Origin: an uncultured archaeon
GTDB taxonomy: Archaea; Aenigmatarchaeota; Aenigmatarchaeia; CG10238-14; SCSR01
Direction: 5' to 3'
Length of the DNA: 56,024 bases
Assembly (NCBI GenBank): GCA_964537835.1
Contig: CAZICS010000004.1
Coordinates: 1-56,024 of the forward strand
Shown here: one piece after another, positions 45,291 to 53,143 of the stretch
Layout: every line of letters starts with the position of its first letter
Numbering within the stretch: position 1 is the stretch's first letter
Notes under the pieces: model-generated
Seen by the model: only the letters and a program-made list of their open reading frames with translations
Told to the model about the DNA's origin: nothing
Database searches by the model: none
Translations under genes and position numbers: made by a program

Positions 45291-45500
45291 TTAAAACACA
45301 AACTTTTCTTCTAAAATTCTTGCCTTTCCTTTTGCTCTTTTAATTAGTAAGGCAATTTGGATTAAAGCTTCTAGCTCAGAAGATCTCCAGAGAGAATCAT
45401 GAACTTTTTCTGCATTCATTTTCCTTAAAGCCCTAAAAACTCTTAACCTTACCGGATTCATTTCTCTTGGTAAATCAAAAGATAGAAGAAAAGACTTCAT
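45291..45500 (-). CDS. Small Cas2/PaaX-C-like ferredoxin-fold protein
   Basis: FLLSFDLP...RLRVFRALRK...VHDSLW resembles the Cas2-like hhxhD...R...L...(Q/D)SxW pattern. Confidence 0.55.
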   Translation of the reverse strand: MKSFLLSFDLPREMNPVRLRVFRALRKMNAEKVHDSLWRSSELEALIQIALLIKRAKGKARILEEKFVF

Positions 45501-45646
45501 ATTTTGAAATACATATTTCTCTTATATAAATATTTTTCTATAGTTAAGTATATAATTAACCGAAATCTCTAACCCCAAATCCTTTTAAATTCAAGAGAAT
45601 AAAATATAACCTTATTCAAAAACAATAAATCTAAAGGGCGAAGTTT

Positions 45647-47449
45647 ATGGTAAAAAGGATAGTTTGCGACACCTCAGTTATAATAGATGGAAAGCTTAGC
45701 GAGTTGGTCGAGAAGAAAAAGCTTAAGGATGTAGAGATAATTATACCTGTTGCTGTTTTAGACGAATTGCAAGCCCAAGCTTCTAAAGGAAGAGAACCTG
45801 GTTTTATTGGCTTGGATGAATTAAAAAAAGTTAGACAAATTTGCGAGAAGAAAGGAATAAAGCTCAGGTTTACTGGAGAAAGGCCGAGCTTGGAAGATAT
45901 AAAACTGGCGAGGAGTGGGAGAATAGATGCTTTGATTCGAGATGTGGCAAAAAAGGAAAACGGGACTTTGTTAACAGCTGACTATGTTCAGGCTTTGGTT
46001 GCTGAAGCCGAAGGAGTAAAGGTTGAGTATATACCTGCTGAAGTAAAAACTACTGGCCTAAAATTTGAGCAATTTTTCGATGAAGAAACTCTGAGCATTC
46101 ATTTAAAAGAGAATGTCCCCCCTTATGCTAAGAAGGGTAAGCCTGGAAAGTTTAAGCTGGTTAAAATAAGGGAAGAGCCTTGCTCGACTGAAGAAATAGA
46201 AGGGATAATCAAGGAAATTCTAGAAGCTACGAGGGTTAGCGAGGAAGGATATGTTGAGATAAGCAGAAGCGGGGCAACAGTTTTACAACTTGGGAATTAT
46301 AGAATAGCTATTGCTAGACCTCCTTTCAGCGATGGATTAGAAGTTACTGTAGTCAGGCCCCTGGTAAAGCTTAGCTTGGAAGATTACAAGCTATCCGAAA
46401 AGTTGATTAAGAGGTTGAAGGAGAGAGCAGAAGGAATACTCATAGCAGGCCCTCCAGGAAGCGGAAAAACTACTCTTGCTTCAAGTCTAGCCGAATTCTA
46501 TAAAAATCAAGGAAAGATCGTTAAAACCTTGGAATCTCCTCGCGATTTGCAAGTCAGCGACGAGATTACTCAATACGCTCCTCTGGAAGGAAGTTTTGAG
46601 AAGACTGCCGATATTTTGCTTTTAGTAAGGCCTGACTATTCCATATTCGATGAAGTAAGGAAAACCAGAGATTTTGAAATCTTTGCCGACATGCGTTTAG
46701 CGGGAGTAGGAATGGTAGGAGTAGTGCATGCGAGCAATGCGATAGATGCTATTCAAAGGTTTATGGGAAGAGTGGAGCTTGGAATGATCCCCCATATAAT
46801 AGATACGATAATCTTTGTAAAAGATGGAGAAGTAAAGAGGGTTTATGAATTGAGCTTGAAAGTTAAAGTTCCTACCGGAATGACAGAAGCTGATTTAGCT
46901 AGGCCCGTCGTTGAAGTAAGGGATTTTGAGACAGGAAAGCTTGAGTATGAAATCTACACTTTTGGGGAAGAAAACATAGTAGTTCCGGTAAGCGAGAAAG
47001 AAAAGGTTAGTGCGATGGAAAAACTGGCTAAGGAAAGGATTTTGCAAGAGATAAGAAAGTTTGATTCTAATGCTGAAGTAGAATTTGTTTCAGCCGATAA
47101 AGTCGTGATAAGAGTTGACAATAGGGTCATTCCTCGCTTAATCGGGAAGAATGGAGCTACGGTTTCAAAACTTGAAAGAAAGCTGGGGATTAAAATAGAT
47201 GTCGAACCAAGAATTCCTGCTTTGGGTAAAGAAGTTTATTTTGAAGTTAAAGAATCTGGGAATAGCATAGAGTTAAGGTTTACTAGGGATTTGGTCGGAA
47301 AGATTGCAAGCGTTTATGTAGAGGATGAATTCCTCTTTTCTGCAACCATAGGAAAGAAAGGAAGGATAAAGGTTACCAAAACTTCTGAAATCGGAAGAGA
47401 ATTGCTAAAAGCAATTTTTGGGAGGAAGAAAATAAAGGTAATAGTCTAA
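45647..47449 (+). CDS. PIN-domain ATPase with KH domain (PINA/MJ1533 family)
   Basis: CDTSVIIDG (PIN), GPPGSGKTT, ESPRDL, FDEVR, GVVHA, IGKNG (KH). Confidence 0.92.
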   Translation: MVKRIVCDTSVIIDGKLSELVEKKKLKDVEIIIPVAVLDELQAQASKGREPGFIGLDELKKVRQICEKKGIKLRFTGERPSLEDIKLARSGRIDALIRDVAKKENGTLLTADYVQALVAEAEGVKVEYIPAEVKTTGLKFEQFFDEETLSIHLKENVPPYAKKGKPGKFKLVKIREEPCSTEEIEGIIKEILEATRVSEEGYVEISRSGATVLQLGNYRIAIARPPFSDGLEVTVVRPLVKLSLEDYKLSEKLIKRLKERAEGILIAGPPGSGKTTLASSLAEFYKNQGKIVKTLESPRDLQVSDEITQYAPLEGSFEKTADILLLVRPDYSIFDEVRKTRDFEIFADMRLAGVGMVGVVHASNAIDAIQRFMGRVELGMIPHIIDTIIFVKDGEVKRVYELSLKVKVPTGMTEADLARPVVEVRDFETGKLEYEIYTFGEENIVVPVSEKEKVSAMEKLAKERILQEIRKFDSNAEVEFVSADKVVIRVDNRVIPRLIGKNGATVSKLERKLGIKIDVEPRIPALGKEVYFEVKESGNSIELRFTRDLVGKIASVYVEDEFLFSATIGKKGRIKVTKTSEIGRELLKAIFGRKKIKVIV

Positions 47450-48232
47450 CTATTTTCCAAACCTTCTCTTCCTTCTTTGATAGGTTCTTATCGCTCTTAG
47501 CAAATCTATTTTCCTGAATTCTGGCCAGTAAACATCTAGGAAAACCAACTCGCTATAAGCACTCTGCCAAAGCAAGAAGTTGCTTATCCTTTCTTCGCCT
47601 GAGGTTCTAATTATTATGTCTGGCTCAGGATGGGGTAGATGGGCCGTATACAAATATTTTTCAAAGATTTCCTCGTTTATTTCTTCTGGCTTTAAGCGGC
47701 CTTCTTCAACCTCTTTACCTATTCTTTTGACCGCATTTACAATTTCATTCCTCCCTCCATAAGCTATCGCTAAATTAAGGTGAAACTTATCATGAATTTT
47801 AGTTCTTTCTTCAAGTTCTTCAGCAACCTCTCTTATATCTGAAGGCAAAAGCTTCTTATTCCCTAAAATACTAACCTTAACCCTATTCTTGTATATTCTC
47901 CCATCGCTCAAAGCTTTTTCAAGCTCTTCTTTAATTGTTTTTAGAACTGGCCTAAGCTCTTCTGGCCTTCTTCTCAAATTTTCTGTAGATAGGCCAAAGA
48001 GAGTAAGAGAAGGGATTTTAAGCTCTAAACACCAATCCAAAACTTTCTCAACATTCTTTGCTCCCATTGAATAAGCTAGGTCTAAGCTTAAACTTTCTTT
48101 CCTTGCCCACCTTCTGTTTCCGTCCAGAATAATCGCTATATGCTTCGGCATTTCTCCATTCTTAACCTGATACTTTAACCACTTTTCGTACAGCTTGTAA
48201 ATTCCCAGCCTTTCAAGCAATCCTTTAAGCAT
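47450..48232 (-). CDS. uppS: cis-prenyltransferase (undecaprenyl diphosphate synthase)
   Basis: HIAIILDGNRRWA, STENLRR, AIAYGGR, IRTSGEERISNFLLWQ, RRFGK. Confidence 0.96.
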   Translation of the reverse strand: MLKGLLERLGIYKLYEKWLKYQVKNGEMPKHIAIILDGNRRWARKESLSLDLAYSMGAKNVEKVLDWCLELKIPSLTLFGLSTENLRRRPEELRPVLKTIKEELEKALSDGRIYKNRVKVSILGNKKLLPSDIREVAEELEERTKIHDKFHLNLAIAYGGRNEIVNAVKRIGKEVEEGRLKPEEINEEIFEKYLYTAHLPHPEPDIIIRTSGEERISNFLLWQSAYSELVFLDVYWPEFRKIDLLRAIRTYQRRKRRFGK

Positions 48233-48233
48233 T

Positions 48234-49319
48234 CTAACACCAAATTATCCTAGCATGAGTTAATTTTTTCAAACCTTTTTTAGTTAGAACAAAATCGTTT
48301 TCTAGCCTTAAGCCTCCTCTTTTCGTGTAAATCCCTGGCTCAAGAGTAAAAACCATGCCTGGCTTAAATTCCATCTCAAAATCTTTTATCCTTGGTTTTG
48401 GAGAAATGGAAGGATAATCGTGCACAGTCAAGCCTAATCCATGCCCCAATCCATGCTTTAACTCAAAACCCTTAGATTTTAAGAATTCTTCAACCTTTTC
48501 GTACAATTTCCAGGTTTTCATCCCAATCTCTATCGAGCTGGTAGCCAACTCATAAGCCTCCTCTAAGGTTTTAACCATTTGCTTCTCCTTCTCGCTTATT
48601 CTTCCCATCACAAACGGAACAGTAATGTCAGAACAATAGCCTTTATAGACAACACCAAAATCCACATAGCCTAAGCCTTTTTTGATGAAGCTGCTTGAAG
48701 CATAGGGAAAAGGATGAGGAAAAGCAGACTTTTTTCCAGAAGCCACAAGAATTTCAAAAGCTAAACTTTCTGCTTTTTCTCTTAAATAGTCTTCCAAAAT
48801 TTCGGCAAGTTCTTTTTCTTTAATTTTTCCTTTGCACGCACCACTCAAAACTTCTTCTACAATTTTAATGCCAGAACTTGCGATCGATGCCGATTTTTCC
48901 AAAAGCTTAATCTCTTCCTTAAACTTGATTGCCCTAAGCTTTGCAATAAAATTTTCTACATCGACAAACCTTGCTCTCATTTTTTTCAAATCCTCAAAAA
49001 GCTTTAAAGAAATTGCTGACTCGATTATTCCAACTTTTTTGCACTCAACTCTTTCTTTTATCGCTTTTCCATAGCTCCAATCAAAATTTTTTACGTTTAT
49101 TATTTCCTCAACATCAGCTTGTTCTCTTGCTCTTTCAAGCTCCAGGGGATGGGTAAACAAAATTCTTTCATTTTTTGTAATCGCCAACAAGCAAGAACCA
49201 ACAAAGTTTGAAAAATATCTAACGTTAACATCAGGACTTTTAAAGATTACCAAATCTATTCTATTGGATTCCATAAAATCTCTTAGCTTTTTCAAATTTT
49301 TTCTGCCTATAGCTCTCAT
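48234..49319 (-). CDS. Xaa-Pro aminopeptidase/prolidase (M24)
   Basis: VDFG, YCSDIT, HGLGHGLGLTVHD, FTLEPGIY, GLRLEND. Confidence 0.93.
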   Translation of the reverse strand: MRAIGRKNLKKLRDFMESNRIDLVIFKSPDVNVRYFSNFVGSCLLAITKNERILFTHPLELERAREQADVEEIINVKNFDWSYGKAIKERVECKKVGIIESAISLKLFEDLKKMRARFVDVENFIAKLRAIKFKEEIKLLEKSASIASSGIKIVEEVLSGACKGKIKEKELAEILEDYLREKAESLAFEILVASGKKSAFPHPFPYASSSFIKKGLGYVDFGVVYKGYCSDITVPFVMGRISEKEKQMVKTLEEAYELATSSIEIGMKTWKLYEKVEEFLKSKGFELKHGLGHGLGLTVHDYPSISPKPRIKDFEMEFKPGMVFTLEPGIYTKRGGLRLENDFVLTKKGLKKLTHARIIWC

Positions 49320-50258
49320 CTAAATCACAAGTTTACCATTTTCCACTATCAACTTTTCATCAAACCAAACGCTCGGCCTTTTAATTACACCATCCAAGTG
49401 AACCTTGCTCTCATTCCTTCCTCCTATCGATTTATTGTCTCCAAAGGCTACATGACAGGTTCCAAAAGCTTTTTCGTCGTTCAAAACTTCTCCTATAAGC
49501 TTTGCTCTTCTATTCATGCCGATAGAAAACTCGCAAAGAATTCTCGCATTCTTATCAGCTTTTCTAAGAATCCTTTTTAACTTTCTCGCTTCTTCCTTTC
49601 CAGAAATCTTAACTATTTTCCCCTTTTTAACCTCAATTTTTATTGGATTAGAAATTTTACCCACCCCAACCATGCAAGCATCGATAACTACTTTTCCGCT
49701 TGCTGAATCTTCTAGAGGAGCGATTCCAACTTCGCCAGCAGGTAGATTGTGTAAGCTTCCTGGCTTGTCTAAGATACCATCGTCTACTTGAACCTTTCTT
49801 CTTCCTTTCTCTAAAGCCAAATCAGTTCCAAGCTTCGTTTTTATTCTTATTTTTCTCGCTTTTTCAAAAAACCTAGCGATTGCTTTACATTCCTTTGCCA
49901 ATTCTCTATAATCAACATTCAACGCAGGAAACATCTTTTCATTAATTCCCGGCATGCTGGCAATTCTTGCTCCATACTTCCTAGCTTCTCTAACAGCCTT
50001 TGTATGGGTTAAAGAAATGCTTGTAATCGCTAAGATCACGTCCGAAAATTTCATAGCTTCCTTTATTGCCAGAGGAGGTTCTCTTTTCGTTTCTTTTCTC
50101 GTTCTAATTTTTGAGGAATAAACCTCGGCTCCCAACTTTTCGCAAGCTTTAAAAAATAGATCGGCTATTTTTTCCTTACCTTCATCATAAATTATCAAAA
50201 CGTTTTCATTCGGCCTGAGCAAAATTGCATTCTTGATTACGTTCTCTATTACCTTCAT
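49320..50258 (-). CDS. M29-family aminopeptidase
   Basis: NLPAGE, EFSIGMN, DEKAFGTCHVAFG, HLDG. Confidence 0.9.
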   Translation of the reverse strand: MKVIENVIKNAILLRPNENVLIIYDEGKEKIADLFFKACEKLGAEVYSSKIRTRKETKREPPLAIKEAMKFSDVILAITSISLTHTKAVREARKYGARIASMPGINEKMFPALNVDYRELAKECKAIARFFEKARKIRIKTKLGTDLALEKGRRKVQVDDGILDKPGSLHNLPAGEVGIAPLEDSASGKVVIDACMVGVGKISNPIKIEVKKGKIVKISGKEEARKLKRILRKADKNARILCEFSIGMNRRAKLIGEVLNDEKAFGTCHVAFGDNKSIGGRNESKVHLDGVIKRPSVWFDEKLIVENGKLVI

Positions 50259-51565
50259 ACTTTACCAGCTGGCATTCCATTTTTCATTACAAGCCTTCCA
50301 TCCACGTATAAATTTCCTTGCCTTCCTTTCATAACCTTAATCATGTCCTGATGGCTTGATGCTTTATTTTTACCGTGATAAGCTCCTCTATTGTTTCCGA
50401 TTGCTATATGAATAGTTCCAAATATTTTTTCATCCACTATGGTTTCTCCTATAAACCTGGCTGCAGGGTTCGTTCCTATTCCAAGCTCAGCGATTCTATC
50501 CTTATCTCCTGTGTTTGCGTCCAAAAACTTTTGGAATATTTCTTTCTGAGGCGAATCAAACCAAACAACTCTTCCTCTTTTAAACCTAACCTTTAAATCT
50601 TTAACCAAGCCAAAGCCATGGATAGCTACCCAATCAAAAATTATAAAACCGTTTGCCGAGTTTTCTAGCGCTGAAGTAAAAACTTCCCCATCAGGTATGT
50701 TCAACCCAACGTCTCCTCTTTTCAAATCAGCTTCATCTATGATTCCATCCGCAACCAAGATAGGCCTTCCTTTTATCCTAAAAGTTAAATCCGTTCCATC
50801 GTTAGCAGTAATCCTTACTTCATCAGCATTTTCCAAAGCTTTTCTATAGTATTCGCACAACTTTTTAACTCTTGGAGAAAAGGTTGCTTTAATGGAGTTG
50901 ATAAAAACTTTCCTGTATTTTTGCTTGCTGACAAAATATTGTTTTTTTGGTATGGGCCATCCAAAGTAGCACCATCTTACTTTCTTCCTATCTATTATTT
51001 CATGAATTTTTTGTGAGGCTAAGGCTCCAGCTTTGACTTTATCTTCTAAACCCTTAATCCAATTTATGTCCTCATCGCCGCCTAAAAAAATTCTTGCATC
51101 ATAGGCTCCTGCAAAAAGCTTTGCTGTTAGGGGCAACTCAGCTGCTGTATCGAAAGGGATTAATTCTAAATGTCTTCTCGCTTCTTTCGAGCTGTAGGTT
51201 AAATCGGTTACATGAACACCTCTTTTCCAGCAGGCTTCTTTTATTAGTTGAGCAAGCAATTTGCACTCCTTACTAACTTCAGAGTAGACTAGCCTAACAG
51301 TTTCTCCAACTTCTGTTTTAACCAAATACTTTCCATCTTTTTCTATTATTAAGGGACCAAAATCAGGATCCTTCAATTTTTCTACGATTCTTAGCTCTTT
51401 TTTTGTTAAGTCTTTCCTTGAAAAAGTTTTTAGTTTTAAAATTTTGTCAACAAACTTTCCGAATTTTTTCCTCGCTCTTTCTATTCCAGGATTTGGCTTT
51501 CTTCCTATTCTCATAGCTTTAACGGTAAGATTTGCTATTTTTTGGAGTTCTTTTTTAGGAAGCAT
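50255..51565 (-). CDS. M29-family aminopeptidase with N-terminal extension
   Basis: NIPDGEVF, ELGIGTN, DEKIFGTIHIAIG, HQDM. Confidence 0.88.
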   Translation of the reverse strand: MLPKKELQKIANLTVKAMRIGRKPNPGIERARKKFGKFVDKILKLKTFSRKDLTKKELRIVEKLKDPDFGPLIIEKDGKYLVKTEVGETVRLVYSEVSKECKLLAQLIKEACWKRGVHVTDLTYSSKEARRHLELIPFDTAAELPLTAKLFAGAYDARIFLGGDEDINWIKGLEDKVKAGALASQKIHEIIDRKKVRWCYFGWPIPKKQYFVSKQKYRKVFINSIKATFSPRVKKLCEYYRKALENADEVRITANDGTDLTFRIKGRPILVADGIIDEADLKRGDVGLNIPDGEVFTSALENSANGFIIFDWVAIHGFGLVKDLKVRFKRGRVVWFDSPQKEIFQKFLDANTGDKDRIAELGIGTNPAARFIGETIVDEKIFGTIHIAIGNNRGAYHGKNKASSHQDMIKVMKGRQGNLYVDGRLVMKNGMPAGKV

Positions 51566-51635
51566 ATTTAATATTTTAGCTAAAGGAAATAAAGTTTATC
51601 TGTGTTAATAACCTTATTTAGATGGTAGTGAAAAA

Positions 51636-52367
51636 ATGAAGTGGGTTATACAAGCTTTAAAGAAAATTTATTGGAATAACATACTTATGTCCACTCTTGG
51701 AGCATTAATTTGTTTGGGAACATTTATTTTCTTCAGCGGTATACAACTTTATGAACTTTTCGTAATTTATATAGTTGTATTCTTTTTAATCATTGGTCAC
51801 AAGATTATAGCAACCAAAAAGATTAAAAGTATTAATAAAAAGCTTCATTTGTTTTTCACTCTTACCATAGCACTTTTTTCTATTTTGGGGGTATGGGTAA
51901 CGATTTATAGTGAATTACCACGAGTATATCATCCAAGAATAAAATGTCCGGAGTATCTTTCCCTAACAAAAGAAGATACTAATATTTCTGTTGGAAATTT
52001 TTCTTTAACATTTGGCAACTATGGACATCTTCCTGCATGGTTATATATAGAATTCAAAAACCTAACACCTTCTTTCCGTACTATAGAACCTAACAACTCA
52101 TTCCTAATAGTCTTGGTTCCTATCATCTATCAAAATAACAAACAAACTGAAGTTATTTTTAAATTTGGGATAAATAATTATTTCCAAGAAACTGGTTTTG
52201 AAATAAAAATACTTTATTTTGGTGATGATATAATAGATAAAACTGCTGGAAAGATTAAGTTATTCTTGGCAAAAGCACTCGGGATTGACTTATTACCTTC
52301 ATTAACATGTAACTATGAAAAAATAAATCTTACATTTTACAAAGAAACCAAACAAAATTTCATTTAA
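51636..52367 (+). CDS. Hypothetical membrane protein (ORFan-like)
   Basis: About three N-terminal TM helices and an Asn/Thr-rich extracellular part; no family recognised. Confidence 0.6.
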   Translation: MKWVIQALKKIYWNNILMSTLGALICLGTFIFFSGIQLYELFVIYIVVFFLIIGHKIIATKKIKSINKKLHLFFTLTIALFSILGVWVTIYSELPRVYHPRIKCPEYLSLTKEDTNISVGNFSLTFGNYGHLPAWLYIEFKNLTPSFRTIEPNNSFLIVLVPIIYQNNKQTEVIFKFGINNYFQETGFEIKILYFGDDIIDKTAGKIKLFLAKALGIDLLPSLTCNYEKINLTFYKETKQNFI

Positions 52368-52382
52368 AAGATAATTTTTCTA

Positions 52383-52457
52383 TGCCCCCGGCGGGATTTG
52401 AACCCGCGACCTTCGCCTTAGGAGGGCGCCGCTCTATCCAAACTGAGCTACGGGGGC
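52383..52457 (-). tRNA. tRNA-Arg(CCT)
   Basis: GCCCCCG/CGGGGGC acceptor stem, GCTC/GAGC D stem, anticodon loop CT-CCT-AA, GCGGG-TTCAAAT-CCCGC T arm; no encoded CCA, no intron. Confidence 0.96.
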
Positions 52458-52490
52458 ATAATTTTTTTGTTAAAGATTATTTATATTATT

Positions 52491-52560
52491 AAGCTTCCAA
52501 AGATGAAGAGGTGGCATACGGTCTGATCAATGAAGACACACCTCTCATCGGAAAAAGCTT
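52491..52560 (+). ncRNA. Candidate C/D-box guide sRNA
   Basis: ATGAAGA(52503-9), 13-nt guide, CTGA(52523-6), TCA, ATGAAGA(52530-6), 12-nt guide, CGGA(52549-52); flanked by complementary AAGCTT ends. Confidence 0.62.
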
Positions 52561-52592
52561 CCTATTTATTTCTTAAATTTCTAATATTAATC

Positions 52593-53099
52593 ATGGTAGT
52601 CCCATTCATAATAGGAATAATCCTTTTGGTAATAGTAGTCTACATTTCCCTAAAAGTTTTGCAGAATGTGGTGGTTGGAGTTGTGCTAATAGCTTTAGTC
52701 CTTTTTGCAAGCTATTTAATCTTTGGCTCCATACCAAGCCTGAAAGATATACCGATAATCGGTAGCTATCTAGAAGGTTTTATAAGCAAGTATTTCCCTC
52801 CAAAAATTCCAAGCTCTACTGGCGAGATAATAGCAATCGTAAAGAATGTTTTGTATAAGATTGAGATTTTGAGCGTTGAAAGAGATTCTAATAGCAACCT
52901 TTTGATAACCGTGGTAAATACTGGCAAGCTTGAAGTTTCTGGCTTTAAAGTTTTTGTTGATGGAAAAGAAGCAAAGATTCTGAATGAACCAAAAGATCCT
53001 TTAAAATCAAAGGAAGTTACAGTTTTACAAGTTGATTGGAAGGCAAACTATTCGAAAATTTTGGTTAAAACTTTGCAAGCTTCTGTGAACTATCCTTAA
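52593..53099 (+). CDS. Membrane protein with C-terminal Ig/pilin-like beta domain
   Basis: Hydrophobic N-terminus, then LLITVVNTGKLEVSGFKVFVDG; start moved to ATG 52593 because the track start falls in the C' box of the candidate sRNA. Confidence 0.62.
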   Translation: MVVPFIIGIILLVIVVYISLKVLQNVVVGVVLIALVLFASYLIFGSIPSLKDIPIIGSYLEGFISKYFPPKIPSSTGEIIAIVKNVLYKIEILSVERDSNSNLLITVVNTGKLEVSGFKVFVDGKEAKILNEPKDPLKSKEVTVLQVDWKANYSKILVKTLQASVNYP

Positions 53100-53143
53100 T
53101 TTTTTATTTCAACCAAAAACCAAAATTTAATTTAAGTGGAAGG

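Noticed and set aside
45291-45646. Possible CRISPR-Cas locus suggested by the Cas2-like ORF
   Set aside because: No repeat-spacer array or other cas genes anywhere in the window.
554-51276. Many antisense ORFs in the track (e.g. 4162-4869, 16247-16663, 18554-19000, 20559-20900, 21981-22334, 42032-42385)
   Set aside because: They lie fully opposite well-supported genes and are S/F/L-rich, as expected for the reverse of K/E-rich codons; no motifs.
52415-52431. G-A mismatch at the top of the tRNA-Arg anticodon stem
   Set aside because: Mismatches at 27-43 occur in functional tRNAs and all other elements are canonical; not a pseudogene.
52530-52592. Track start MKTHLSSEK for the membrane protein
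   Set aside because: The ATG coincides with the C' box of the candidate sRNA; ATG 52593 has a TATA-like element about 25 nt upstream and starts the hydrophobic segment.
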